DNA of 64,000 nt from an uncultured Lentisphaerales bacterium (GCA_943788985.1 CALSSJ010000020.1:1-64000); one strand, 5' to 3'. Positions 41,300-52,039 are shown, counted from the first letter of the stretch. The notes: generated from the sequence alone by a model not told the origin. Made by a program: numbers and translations.

Positions 41300-42189
41300 C
41301 AGCCGCTGAGCGTTGCGATCTGCTCGCCGACTTTTAGCCATGTCTCATATCCCGCTGCCGAGTGCTGCACAAGATCGTCATCCCAGCGCAAGACGCCGGG
41401 CGCGAATACTAATACTACCGTAGAACCGCCAAACTCGAAGTAGCCCTTCTCATCCATCTTCTGAAACGTCTCTTCATCATGCGTTTCGACAATTCCCGAG
41501 ACGCCGAACGCCCCCACTTCGACAAACGCAAAGGGCCCAAGCGCCTCACTCTCCAGTTGGTTCACGACGCGAAGGTTCTGGCCAAAGGCGTTCACCCCGC
41601 AGGCCAGCGCAAGCGGATTGACCGAGTGGTAGCGGCCCGGCACCCGGGTGCTGGATACGCGCCTGCCGCCGCATGGGAAGTGATATCTGTGATAATCCGC
41701 CGGACAGAGTCGTGCCACGAGCACATCGCCGCCGGAGAATACCGCTGCGCCGCATGCCAGCAACTCATCTAAGGAATATGAGCAGCCTTTCGCCGGAACC
41801 ACGGTGCGCTCCGTGATGCTGGGAAATAGGAGATAGCGACCGTCTGCCGGCGCCACTATCACGTCTTCTGCGGAGTCATACGGCCGGGCATCCGGCTGTA
41901 GCCGGCGGGTAAAAAATGCCTGAAACGTCGGGTAGCTGTCTGCCGGATCCAGAAACTCCGCAGCATCTATCTCGAGGTGTGTGATCGTGGGCGCGACGCG
42001 ACGCCGCGAGAGCCGGGAGTTGCAGTATGCCCCCATCAGCTTGGAGGGCCAGGCGCTATGAAAAAAGAGCCGAGCCAGAAACGGAATGCGGTCTCCGGCA
42101 TACGCCCAGCGGATCATGCCGTCGCCGAGGACGACTTCAGTCTCCGGCTCGCTCTGGCCACGACGATAGAATTGTATATCTGCGGGCAT
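41299..42189 (-). CDS. psd: Phosphatidylserine decarboxylase
   Basis: FFTRRL, APADG, RLCPADYHRYHFP, SVNP, FEFGGST self-cleavage motif. Confidence 0.93.
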   Translation of the reverse strand: MPADIQFYRRGQSEPETEVVLGDGMIRWAYAGDRIPFLARLFFHSAWPSKLMGAYCNSRLSRRRVAPTITHLEIDAAEFLDPADSYPTFQAFFTRRLQPDARPYDSAEDVIVAPADGRYLLFPSITERTVVPAKGCSYSLDELLACGAAVFSGGDVLVARLCPADYHRYHFPCGGRRVSSTRVPGRYHSVNPLALACGVNAFGQNLRVVNQLESEALGPFAFVEVGAFGVSGIVETHDEETFQKMDEKGYFEFGGSTVVLVFAPGVLRWDDDLVQHSAAGYETWLKVGEQIATLSG

Positions 42190-42198
42190 CCAGGAGGG

Positions 42199-43839
42199 TC
42201 AGTTGCGCACCGCGCGACGCACCGAGGCGTCCTCGGCACGTTGCTCAAAGCGCAAAATGTATTTGAAGCGGTCGTACAGCCAGAATCCCGCCAGCACGAT
42301 GGCACAGAGAAAGAGTGCTGTAAATCCGACGCTGAAGAGCTGGTCCGCGGTCGATCCGCGCGTGGTCATCGTCGCACGTCGCACCCAGCTCATCACGCCG
42401 GAAAACACGGACTGGTCCACAATGGTGGTAAACATGGCGTGGGTCAGCCCACGAGCGATCAGCGCAGCGATTACCACGAACGGAAGCACCATGCCGCGGT
42501 GACGGGACCAAGTCCGCCCGCTGGTTCTGGCGCCCAAGCGCATGTGGTCAAGCATCCGGGCCCGGGCCCGCAGGCCGCGCGCGTCTTCCTGTGACCATAC
42601 CGAAATCGATGTAGGCGGTACGCTGAAATTACCCTGCGTTACACCGCTGAGCGAAATCTCGCGCGGCAACAAGCTCCGATTATGGCGACGCATCTGGGCC
42701 GCGAGCAGCAGATAGCCATGGTACATGAGATACTCTCGCTCGCAACGGGTCATCGGCCCGAGGGTGGCACGCAGTCCAGCGAGCGCCCGCACCAACTCAC
42801 GAGGCAGGACACCGTCGATGTCCTCCGGTTCTGCTTCAATCTGCGGGTGCACCACACAAAGCCCAGCGATCGGGCTCTCGCGATCAGGCTCCCGTAGCTT
42901 GTCAGACAGCCAGCCTAGAATCCGACGGCGATTCTCGGATTGCATCAGGGTCACGACCGACGAGAGCCCGTTGGGCGTCGCAGCGCACACCGAAGGCGCA
43001 GAGCCATCGCAAACCAGTAGGTGGATCGGCGCGTGCACATGATTCTCTGGCTGTCGTAGCGTAGGCGTCAACTTGTTCTGTTCCGGCGGGGACAGTTCGA
43101 AATAGTCCAGTAGCGTCTCCATCCCCTGACTATCGGCAATGCCCCCGTCGGTCAGCACGGAATCATCCAGCTCCACGGCACCGAAAGCGTCTACATCTGC
43201 GGCCGACGCCGCCATCACGCCAGCCAACGAAAGAGCATTGCGATCTGCGCAATCGATCTGCTCCTTCAAGCTCTCGTTCGACTCGCGCCCGTAGACCATG
43301 CGCCGTCCATCCGTCAGGCAGGTGGTGTTGATCAGCAGCCGCGGGACGGTAAAAAACGGCCCGACCTCACGGTCACGATCGTTGTTCACATGCGGCAGGT
43401 CTGCCAGCGTCAAGGGCTCGTCAAACAGCTGGCGCTCAATTGTTTCCGCGAGCGCACTGCCGGGCTGCAACTTTCCCAGCCGCGCCTTAAACTTGTGCCA
43501 TGGCTCGCCCAGACGATTTCTGCGCCCAATAACCAGACCTCGCTCCGTGGAGGTAAGGAAATCCTCGATAATCTCGTCGCACAACGCGATGCGTGAGCGA
43601 TCCGGTTCCGCCGCCAATCGGGCATGCATCTCCACCAAGTAATACCCTCCGGCCAGTGATCCGCCACCCGTGGCTGAAATCACCTCTATATGCTCCATGA
43701 TGCGCAACTCTTCGAGCATGCGAATAGCACCGAGCTGAAAATAGGCCGCCCGCAGCCCTGAACCCGAAAGCGCCAAGCCGATTCGCACGGACTGGCCGCC
43801 TGGGGGCCGCACCATTGATGGAATTGCTCGAGCTGGCAT
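42199..43839 (-). CDS. Patatin-like phospholipase homologue with C-terminal TM segments and a degenerate nucleophile motif
   Basis: IGLALSGSGLRAA, ISATGGGS, LINTTCL, AASAA, DGGIAD. Confidence 0.75.
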   Translation of the reverse strand: MPARAIPSMVRPPGGQSVRIGLALSGSGLRAAYFQLGAIRMLEELRIMEHIEVISATGGGSLAGGYYLVEMHARLAAEPDRSRIALCDEIIEDFLTSTERGLVIGRRNRLGEPWHKFKARLGKLQPGSALAETIERQLFDEPLTLADLPHVNNDRDREVGPFFTVPRLLINTTCLTDGRRMVYGRESNESLKEQIDCADRNALSLAGVMAASAADVDAFGAVELDDSVLTDGGIADSQGMETLLDYFELSPPEQNKLTPTLRQPENHVHAPIHLLVCDGSAPSVCAATPNGLSSVVTLMQSENRRRILGWLSDKLREPDRESPIAGLCVVHPQIEAEPEDIDGVLPRELVRALAGLRATLGPMTRCEREYLMYHGYLLLAAQMRRHNRSLLPREISLSGVTQGNFSVPPTSISVWSQEDARGLRARARMLDHMRLGARTSGRTWSRHRGMVLPFVVIAALIARGLTHAMFTTIVDQSVFSGVMSWVRRATMTTRGSTADQLFSVGFTALFLCAIVLAGFWLYDRFKYILRFEQRAEDASVRRAVRN

Positions 43840-43936
43840 AATTCTCCAATCAGATTCAAGAGGGCGCGCTTGATTTGCGCAAAAGCGTATTCTATATATC
43901 CGACTTGCGGAAAGTTGCAACTTTTGGACGTGATAG

Positions 43937-44728
43937 ATGTACTACTGGATTTCTCAAGGATTGGTGTTGGTGTTGGTCATCGTCTCCATCCTTCATGTTC
44001 ACCTTGGGGCGGAACGCCGCTCTACCGAAGAGGCCACCGATTCAGCGCCGATGGGCGTAATTCGCGCCCTGATTATTGTCTGTGGCGTCGTCTTGATGGG
44101 GCTCAATGTCGCCACAGCCACCCGCATTGACGAGCGCCTAGATACGCAGCTGGCGGAATTCCAAGACCAGCTGGGCCGCCTGCAGTCACAAGTGGGCCGA
44201 ATCGACGCCTCGGTCAGCAGCCTGGACGTCCTGCGAAGCAGTGAGGCCGCAGAGCTCGAACAGCTGGAAAGTGTGAGTAAGCAACAGCGGCAGCTCGTCG
44301 ATAACCTGAATGGTGCCATTCGAGAAACCCGCACCGTCGCCACTGAGCTGAATCTGTTCACGCCCGTCCTGCGCAGCGTGGCCGCCGGCCGCGTCCAAGA
44401 AGATGCGCCTCCTTCGCGACTGAGCTCGACATCGACCGGCCATATTCGCATCTCCACGTCCTCATCAGGGCTGATGACGGTCGAAGAGAAAAAGATCAAT
44501 GACGACCTAGCGGCGTGCAAGAACCAGCGGGATAAGCTGCTCCTAGACAAGGAAGAGGCAAGCGCCTCGTTCAAAGCGGCCATGCGCGGCAACATGCCCG
44601 CAGACAGCGTCATGCGCATCAATCGCGACTTCCGGGACTTTGTCGAAGATGCCGAGGAGCGCATTCAGCGGCTGGACCGCAAAATCAATAGCCTGCGTCT
44701 GCAACTCGGCCGCCTTCAGGAGCGTTAG
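43937..44728 (+). CDS. Hypothetical membrane-anchored coiled-coil protein
   Basis: Two TM segments followed by heptad-rich helices; its stop overlaps the comM start. Confidence 0.7.
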   Translation: MYYWISQGLVLVLVIVSILHVHLGAERRSTEEATDSAPMGVIRALIIVCGVVLMGLNVATATRIDERLDTQLAEFQDQLGRLQSQVGRIDASVSSLDVLRSSEAAELEQLESVSKQQRQLVDNLNGAIRETRTVATELNLFTPVLRSVAAGRVQEDAPPSRLSSTSTGHIRISTSSSGLMTVEEKKINDDLAACKNQRDKLLLDKEEASASFKAAMRGNMPADSVMRINRDFRDFVEDAEERIQRLDRKINSLRLQLGRLQER

Positions 44729-46266
44729 TGCTCGCCAAGACTTTCAGCGCGGCACTCAAGGGTGTCGACGCATTTACTGTCGAGATCGAAGTAAATGCGA
44801 CATTTGCCGGGGAAAAAACGCAGGTTTCCATCGTCGGCCTGCCGGATACGGCAGTGCGCGAGAGCAAGGAGCGCGTGCATTCCGCCCTCACCTCTTCCGG
44901 CTACTTTCACCCGCACGGCTTCACCACGGTGAATCTAGCCCCTGCGGACATCAAAAAAGTGGGAGCGGGCTTCGACCTGCCGATCGCAATCGGTATCATG
45001 GCTACCGGCGACGCCATGGGCGGTGTCGACCTCAGCCGTACGCTGCTAGTCGGGGAGCTCGCGCTCGACGGCGCGATACGCCCTACACGCGGTGCCCTGT
45101 CCATCGCGGTTCACGCGCGCCATCACGGCTACCACACCCTCATTCTGCCGAGCGAGAATGCGCATGAGGCCGCCATCGTGGACGGAATCCAGGTGATCGG
45201 CGTCAAGCACTTGACCGAAGCCACAGAAGTATTAAAAGGCCAGTCGCTCATTGAGCCAACGGTGATCGATGCTCTGGAGTACTTCTCCACACACATCGAC
45301 ACCAGCTTGGATTTTGCCGACATCAAGGGCCAAGAGACAGCCAAGCGCGCGGTCCAAGTAGCCGCTGCTGGCGGCCACAATTGCTTGCTGGTCGGCCCTC
45401 CAGGCACAGGCAAGAGCATGATCGCCAAGCGGCTCCCAGCCATTCTGCCATTGATGTCTCTCGAAGAAGCCATCGAAACCACCCGCATTCACAGCGTCGC
45501 TGGCCATCTCCCAATCGGCCAGCCGTTGCTCGTCGCGCGGCCGTTTCGCTCGCCGCATCACACGATCAGCGACGCGGGCATGCTGGGGGGCCAGAGCAAC
45601 CCACAGCCTGGCGAGATCAGCCTGGCCCACCACGGTATCCTTTTCCTCGACGAGCTCCCCGAGTTCCCCCGCAAGGCCCTCGAAGTGCTGCGCCAGCCCA
45701 TGGAGGATGGCCAAGTCACCATTTCCCGGGCAGCCGGTTCTTGCACCTTCCCCGCGCGCTTTCAATTGATCGCCGCGATGAATCCGTGCCCTTGTGGGCA
45801 CTATGGCAGTTCTGGGCAGCGAACCTGCCGCTGTTCATCGTCCCAGGTCCGCAAGTATCGTTCTCGGCTCTCTGGTCCATTGCTCGACCGCATCGACATC
45901 CATGTCGAAGTCGCCAGCCTATCCGAGGACGAGCTAATGAAGCGCCCCACCGGCGAATCATCCCAAGTTCTGCGCGACCGTGTACAAGCTGCCCGCAGCA
46001 AGCAGTCAGAGCGGTTTGCGGACTCCGCAACGCACTGCAATGCGCAGATGACGTCCAAGGAACTCCGCGAGCACTGCGAGCTGGACGATCCTGCGGCACA
46101 ACTGCTCAAGCTCGCGCTCAGCGAGATGGGCATCAGCGCCCGCGCCTACGACCGCATTCTGCGCGTAGCGCGAACCATTGCCGACCTGAACGGCAGTGAG
46201 ATCCTGTCGATCCCCGAGATCTCCGAGGCCATCCAATACCGCAGCCTCGACCGAGAACTCTGGTAG
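44728..46266 (+). CDS. comM: YifB/ComM Mg-chelatase-like AAA+ ATPase
   Basis: VGLPDTAVRESKERV, GPPGTGKS, RPFRSPHHT, FLDELPEF, MNPCPCG, SGPLLDRID. Confidence 0.95.
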   Translation: MLAKTFSAALKGVDAFTVEIEVNATFAGEKTQVSIVGLPDTAVRESKERVHSALTSSGYFHPHGFTTVNLAPADIKKVGAGFDLPIAIGIMATGDAMGGVDLSRTLLVGELALDGAIRPTRGALSIAVHARHHGYHTLILPSENAHEAAIVDGIQVIGVKHLTEATEVLKGQSLIEPTVIDALEYFSTHIDTSLDFADIKGQETAKRAVQVAAAGGHNCLLVGPPGTGKSMIAKRLPAILPLMSLEEAIETTRIHSVAGHLPIGQPLLVARPFRSPHHTISDAGMLGGQSNPQPGEISLAHHGILFLDELPEFPRKALEVLRQPMEDGQVTISRAAGSCTFPARFQLIAAMNPCPCGHYGSSGQRTCRCSSSQVRKYRSRLSGPLLDRIDIHVEVASLSEDELMKRPTGESSQVLRDRVQAARSKQSERFADSATHCNAQMTSKELREHCELDDPAAQLLKLALSEMGISARAYDRILRVARTIADLNGSEILSIPEISEAIQYRSLDRELW

Positions 46267-46366
46267 CAGAGTTTATCCACACAGTGAGAATTATGCCACT
46301 CTTTCCCCTAAAGTCGGCTTGGTGTGGAGCAGCCCTGAATCTGCATAATTGCAGATGGAATAAGAT

Positions 46367-47425
46367 ATGATCCCTGACGCCTTTACCCCCTCCTTTACCA
46401 TTACCAACCGCATGACGGCGGCGATCACACAGATCGAGCGCGCGCGCGGTTTTCTGGAGGCAGCCCAACTTTCAGGCGAGTGGGTGAGGGAGATGAGCGA
46501 CAAGGCACTGATTCGCGAGGCGCATCACAGCACCCACATAGAAGGCACCCAGCTGACACTGGAGCAGTCCACGCGCTTGTGGCAGGGCGAGTCTCTGCCG
46601 AACGTCAATCCGGAGGATGCGCGGGAGTTAACGAATTTTCGCGACGCGTTTACTTTCGTTTCCGACTTTCTTGAGGCCGGTGACCCGATTACCGAGGGCA
46701 TGATCCGCGAGATTCATCGCTATCTGGTGACAGGTGTGCGCGGTGGTGCCGCTGCACCTGGTGATTACCGGCGGCTCCAGAACTTCGTCTCGAACTCTGC
46801 AACGGGAGCGGTGATCTATACCCCACCGAGCGCGGTGGAGGTGCCATTAATGATGTCGGAGCTCGTAAAGTGGCTGAATGCTGACCTGGAGATTCACCCC
46901 GTTCTCGTGAGCGGAATTGCGCAATTTCAGCTGGTTCACATCCATCCATTCCTGGATGGCAACGGGCGTACGTCGCGTTTACTCTCCACGCTCTGCCTAT
47001 ACAAGAGCGGCTACGACTTCAAGCGCCTTTTCACAATCAGTGATTTTTACGACCGCGACCGTCGCGCCTTCTACGATGCCATTCAAGGCGTGCAAGACAA
47101 CGGCATGGACATGACTCACTGGCTGGAATACTTCGTCACTGGGCTCGAGACGCAGATGCTAGAGGTACGAATACGCGGCGAACAAGTGATCCGTCGTGAT
47201 GTGTTAGTACGGCAGCACAGTTTGAATAAACGACAAGAAGGAGCATTGGGTTTGGCGCTGAGCAATGGCCGTTTTGAGATCATCGATTTCGAATCAGCTT
47301 GCCCCGCGGTCAGCAAGAGAACACTACAACGAGACCTGAGTGGCTTGCTTGCTGCTGGCCTGATCAAGGAAGTTGGCGCTGGCCCCACAGATCCCACCCG
47401 GCACTATGTTCTGAATGAGCTATGA
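46367..47425 (+). CDS. Fic family protein with a C-terminal winged HTH
   Basis: [12 protein letters not shown] catalytic motif; STHIEGT inhibitory-type motif; [12 protein letters not shown]. Confidence 0.92.
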   Translation: MIPDAFTPSFTITNRMTAAITQIERARGFLEAAQLSGEWVREMSDKALIREAHHSTHIEGTQLTLEQSTRLWQGESLPNVNPEDARELTNFRDAFTFVSDFLEAGDPITEGMIREIHRYLVTGVRGGAAAPGDYRRLQNFVSNSATGAVIYTPPSAVEVPLMMSELVKWLNADLEIHPVLVSGIAQFQLVHIHPFLDGNGRTSRLLSTLCLYKSGYDFKRLFTISDFYDRDRRAFYDAIQGVQDNGMDMTHWLEYFVTGLETQMLEVRIRGEQVIRRDVLVRQHSLNKRQEGALGLALSNGRFEIIDFESACPAVSKRTLQRDLSGLLAAGLIKEVGAGPTDPTRHYVLNEL

Positions 47426-47460
47426 CAAGCTATGACACGGAGCTGTGACAAGCTATGACA
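47418..47460 (+). repeat. Four direct 10-mer repeats AGCT(A/G)TGACA overlapping the Fic stop codon
   Basis: Units at 47418, 47428, 47441 and 47451. Confidence 0.9.
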
Positions 47461-47486
47461 TCTTTGCTTCCAAAATCATCCTACAT

Positions 47487-47708
47487 CAGCCATGGAAGAT
47501 GGCCAGGTCACCATTTCACGAGCAACCGATTCCCGCAGCGCAACTACTCAAGCTCGCGCTCAGCGAGATGGGAATCAGCGCCCGCGCCTTCGACCGCATT
47601 CTGCGCGTAGCGCGAACCATTGCCGACCTGAACGGCAGTGAGGTCCTCTCGATCCCCGAGATCTCCGAGGCAATCCAATACCGCAGCCTCGATCGGGAAC
47701 TCTGGTAA
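47487..47708 (+). pseudogene. Partial duplicate of comM (internal segment fused to the 3' end)
   Basis: 47487-47532 resembles comM ~45694-45740; 47533-47708 closely matches comM ~46090-46266 (AQLLKLALSEMG...YRSLDRELW). Confidence 0.9.
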
Positions 47709-47774
47709 ACAGCGAATTTTGCCCTGGCCTAACGGCACGCCGCAAAGCAATCGACTCGAGTCGAGCCCTTAGTT

Positions 47775-47806
47775 GCTATGACATGGAGCTGTGACAAGCA
47801 ATGACG
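47775..47806 (+). repeat. Second copy of the 10-mer repeat block
   Basis: GCTATGACAtggAGCTGTGACAAGCAATGACG matches 47429-47460. Confidence 0.85.
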
Positions 47807-47935
47807 CATTCTTGGCGCCACAGCGTCACTCCGGCCTCCATTCTCAGCCGGCCACCAGCGTAGTCTCAGTAATGCTGGCCACTGCTGTGCTCTTGTCAGT
47901 AAAGAGTGAATCTAGCCAGCGTATACGCCTGCGCA

Positions 47936-48190
47936 TCAGGCAACATCAATTCCTAGTTCGAACAACAGGCGCCGTGTCGCAAGAATATCAGGCGCGTTCA
48001 TTCGGAGGCGGTCCGCTGTGGCACGTCCCACACCTGTCTTCCCAAGAATCCGCAGGTCGGCGCTCCAGGAAAAGTGTTCTTGCCAACTATCCTGCCGAGG
48101 ATTGAACAAGCGGCAACGCTTGCCCGATTCTGGTTCCTGTGCGGACTCAAACGCCCACTTCTGAGCGTTGCAACGCGGGCAGGGGATACT
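47936..48190 (-). pseudogene. HNH endonuclease C-terminal remnant
   Basis: CPRCNAQK, LFNPRQDSWQEHFSW, GRAT..LRMN; the N-terminal CxxC/HNH part is missing. Confidence 0.7.
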
Positions 48191-48280
48191 ACTTCTATTC
48201 AGGTTCCGTTGTTGACTCAAGGGCCACGCATGAGTAGCCTTTCAATTCAAGGACGAAAACGCCCGGGAAGTAGGCCACGA

Positions 48281-49194
48281 TTAATGACCGGCGCCAATGG
48301 ATTGGTGCACTCTTTCTGCTTCGAAACAATCGCATAGTGTATGGCTCTTAACGCGGAAATAATGCGGGCGCTCCACCCGCGCTCCCAGCGAAGACTGTCC
48401 AAGATTGGGACAGTCCTCGCGGCACTGATCGCACCACGAGAGGCTAGAGGTGCTCAGGCTCCGCAGCGTTATTTCTTTTCCTCTTGGGCGTCTTCGGCTT
48501 TTGGGGGCCCGGTGGCACGCCGTGGGTGTCTTACACGCCATTGTCACCGGTGATGTTTGGGGCCTTGCCGTGGTAGGCTTGGCAATCCTAATCCAGGACG
48601 GGGGTGCCAACCCAGCACTGGCCGTCCTCTGGCTTAAGCCAGTCGTAAGCGGTATGGCCAAGGTGCGTGGTATGATAGATGAAGAAAGGCTTGTTCTGTT
48701 TTTGCTGGCGTTCTATGAAGTTAAAGGCGAAGCCTAGCTCTATGTCTGGCCCGTAGCTGTGCAGCCCGAAGTTCTGCTTGGATTCCGCGGAGTTGTGACA
48801 CCCACTGAGTGTACCGGGCGCAGCGGGGCGGTTCATTAGCCGCAAATCTGGGTAACAGTACCAGCCGTGCTTGAGTAGGTGTCCCGGACCTTGCCGGTGT
48901 CGTCGATCAACTCGCCCGTGGCCTTATTCTCCCACCACTTTTGGCGCTGCAGACGGTGGCGGCCCAGGCAATCTTGATCCAGCAGTCTTCTCACGCCATG
49001 CGATCCATGGCCGGGGTCTTGGCCCGGTACTTGGGACTGGAGGTGTCCTCACGCTCGGGTTCGGTCTAGACGCTGCTGCCGTAGATGGGAAATTCTCGGG
49101 CACTGATGTCGCCAGCAAAGTAAACGATGATGTTGGGCCTGTCGGCTGCGACGAGGTATGACGCAGCCAAAGCCAGAAGTAGCGCGGCCTTTAC
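48281..49194 (-). pseudogene. Decayed sulfatase gene
   Basis: Signal peptide plus [50 protein letters not shown]; in-frame stops and deletions. Confidence 0.75.
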
Positions 49195-50688
49195 CGGCGG
49201 CCCGGCGCAGTCGGTACCCCCGATTCCAACACGTCCTGGTATTCCGCAGACATGCGCTTGACGATGACGCTAAGCTCTGGATTCTTGATCAGGTTCTTGG
49301 TCTCCCCCGGATCCTGTTCGAGATTATAGAGGGCCTTGGGCTCAAACGTCGTGCGCTTCCAGTTCGTCTGAATGATCAGCTTCCACGGGGCCTTGCGGTA
49401 CATGAGTTGCTTACCAGCGCCAGCCTGATGCATGAAGTAGTCGCGCCGCTGGAACCCGTCCTTGCCGAGGAGCAGCGGCAGCAAGTTGTTCGAATCGAGC
49501 GCCTGTCCATCGGGGAGCTCTGTACCGAGCAAGGCAGCGAACGTGGCGACGAAATCCTGACTCACAGCCAGCTCGTCGGTACTCCCCGGTTCGATATGCC
49601 CCGGCCAAACGGCGAAGAACGGCACACGATGCCCACCTTCTAACGGCGAATTTTTGGAGCCGTTCCAGCCACCGCCAGGTTGGTAACCCAGCTTGGATGC
49701 ATTCCAATCTACCAGTCCGCCATTGTCGGAGGTTAAGATAAAGAGCGTGTTGTCGAGGGTGCCGCTGGCTAGCAGCGCATCGACGATTCGCTTGACCTGC
49801 ATGTCGAGATCTGCGAGCAGATCCAGGTGAGCGGTCGGACCAGATCCTTTGACTTTGCGCCCATCAAACTCAGCTGTCGGACGGTGCGGCAAGTGGACGG
49901 TGTGTGTGCAATAGTAGAGAAAGAAGGGATCTTCCTTTTCGGCACTGGCTTTGATGAAGTCTACGGCCTTGGCAGAGATCACCTTCCCTAACTCACGAGC
50001 GTCCCAGTTTGTATCGCCCATTCCCGGGCCTTTGTCGGAGATGTCTTTTGCATAGGGCGCGCTGTTTTTATCGAAGAAGATGATCTCAGAGTCCTTGGCC
50101 CAGGGATACCAGACCTGGTTCTCGTAGAGTAGATAGATGGGGCCTTGGACGCCGCAGGTGCTGGTGAAGTCGTAGTCGAATCCGCAGTCCTTGGGACCAC
50201 CGCCAACCATTTGGCGCAGGTCTACCTTTCCAGTCAGGTCTCCGTTCTTCGCCCCGCGATAGATGGTCTTGGTGCCTGGGATGTAAAAGTCGCCCCCAAG
50301 ATGCCATTTGCCAATGAAGCCGGTGTTGTAGCCGGCATCGCGGACGACCGTCCCGAGCGTCACCTCTCCCGGTTTGAATGCCGTTTCGGCGAAGGTGCTC
50401 CAGACGCCCCACGGCGCGTAGGAACGGTAGTTATTGTTTCCGCTCATTACCGCGTAACGCGTGGGCGCGCACAGGGCGGTGGCTGAATGGCCATCGCGAA
50501 ACCAAAGGCTTTGCTGCGCCAGCGCATCAATATTCGGCGTCTCGACCAGCGGCTTCTTTTGCTGGTGTGAGCGAACGTGAAAGCTGATGTCGCCGTGCCC
50601 GACATCGTCGGCCAGAATGAGAACGATGTTCGGCCGGTCCCGCAGCCACGACGGTAAAGGCAAGCAGGGCTGCCAGGACTTGGATCAT
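49191..50688 (-). CDS. Sulfatase (family S1); signal peptide separated by one frameshift near 50640
   Basis: [40 protein letters not shown] at 50688 gives [16 protein letters not shown]. Confidence 0.9.
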
Positions 50689-50932
50689 AGATGATTTCAA
50701 CACGGCTGTTTCCTACCTTCAGAATTCGCGTTTGCGTCGTGGCCAACAGCCGGGGCCGCCGCAGGGCGCGAGGGGATAGAAAAGGAGGCCAAGGCCGCCG
50801 GGAGCACCAAGGCTGGAACCACCAGTAGACCGCTTGGGGACCTGCATCAGCATAAACAGCAGCGTGGCTACTGGCCCGATTATTGACCATCCTCTTCTTT
50901 CTTCCATGCCTATATTCCGCGGCCGGCTTTCT

Positions 50933-52036
50933 TCAGAGGTCGTAGTAGGCCTGTTCGGAGACCTTAGACCAAACGCTAATGTTCTCACGAAACGCGCGGT
51001 ATGACTCGTAGACCCGCTTGGTAAACGGATCTCCGGCCATCCCGTCCAGGACTTCGGTGGCATGCTTGCGCAGTCCGCTAAGGACGTCCTCAGGAAATGG
51101 GAGGATCTTGGTCTTGCCTGCGGCACGAAGCTCCACGAGCGCTGTGGAGTTCGCGGCATCCATGCGGCTGAGCAGCAGCATGTTGGAGCGAGCAGCAGCC
51201 GCCGTAACGATGGCTTGTAGGTCGGCTGGTAGTTCGTCGTATGCGGCCTTATTGACCATCATCTCCAAGGTGGAGCCGGGCTCATGCCAACCGGGATAAT
51301 AGTAGTAGTCTGCGACTTTATGCAGACCGAGCTTGGTGTCGTGAAACGGACCGATAAACTCAGTAGCGTCGATACGGCCGCGTTCAAGGCTGGTGTAGAT
51401 CTCGCCACCTGGGGTGAGCTCGGCCTTGCCGCCGGCTGCGGAGAGGACTTCGCCCCCTAGGCCGGGTATTCGCATTTTGAGTCCCTTGAGATCACTCAGG
51501 GAGCCAATCTCGTTCCTGAACCAACCGCCCATCTGCACGCCGGTGTTGCCGATGGCAAATGGAACCAGCCCAAAGCCGGCATACAACTCACGCCAGAGTT
51601 CCATGCCGCCGCCTGCAAGTAGCCAGGCGTTCATCTGTTGGGCGTTGAAACCGAATGGCACGGTGGTGAAGAATTGCGCGGCAGCGGATTTTCCCTTCCA
51701 GTAGTAAGCAGCGCTGTGCCCCATCTGGGCGCTGCCCTGCGCCACGGCGTCGAACACGCCGAGAGCTGGAACCAGCTCACCAGCGCCGTGGACCTGAATA
51801 GTCAGGCGTCCGCTTGACATGGCAGCAATCCAGGCAGCAATCTCTTCGGCAGACTCCTGCAACACCGGAAAGTTTGCTGGCCACGCGGTGACCATCTGCC
51901 ACTCATAGTGCTTACCGCTCGCACCGCCGCCCGCAGCAGGGCCTTGCTGCGGAGCGCAGCCGCTGAGTGCAGCCGCGCCTCCAACAATTCCCGCGTGCTT
52001 TAGAAACGAGCGCCGCGATACCTCCTCACCAGCCAT
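50933..52036 (-). CDS. TRAP transporter substrate-binding protein (DctP/TakP-like), Tat signal
   Basis: SRRSFLK, GNTGVQMGGWF, LKMRIPGLGG, YYYPGWHEPG. Confidence 0.92.
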   Translation of the reverse strand: MAGEEVSRRSFLKHAGIVGGAAALSGCAPQQGPAAGGGASGKHYEWQMVTAWPANFPVLQESAEEIAAWIAAMSSGRLTIQVHGAGELVPALGVFDAVAQGSAQMGHSAAYYWKGKSAAAQFFTTVPFGFNAQQMNAWLLAGGGMELWRELYAGFGLVPFAIGNTGVQMGGWFRNEIGSLSDLKGLKMRIPGLGGEVLSAAGGKAELTPGGEIYTSLERGRIDATEFIGPFHDTKLGLHKVADYYYYPGWHEPGSTLEMMVNKAAYDELPADLQAIVTAAAARSNMLLLSRMDAANSTALVELRAAGKTKILPFPEDVLSGLRKHATEVLDGMAGDPFTKRVYESYRAFRENISVWSKVSEQAYYDL

Positions 52037-52039
52037 GGC

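Noticed and set aside
46273..46281. Perfect DnaA box TTATCCACA
   Set aside because: Single copy, no box cluster or AT-rich unwinding element, no dnaA/dnaN context; not evidence for an origin.
47727..47778. GCCTAAC...GTTGCTA as a stray attC
   Set aside because: No complementary arms; the second core is a poor match.
47418..47806. CRISPR array
   Set aside because: Repeats are 10 bp and adjacent, with no unique spacers and no cas genes.
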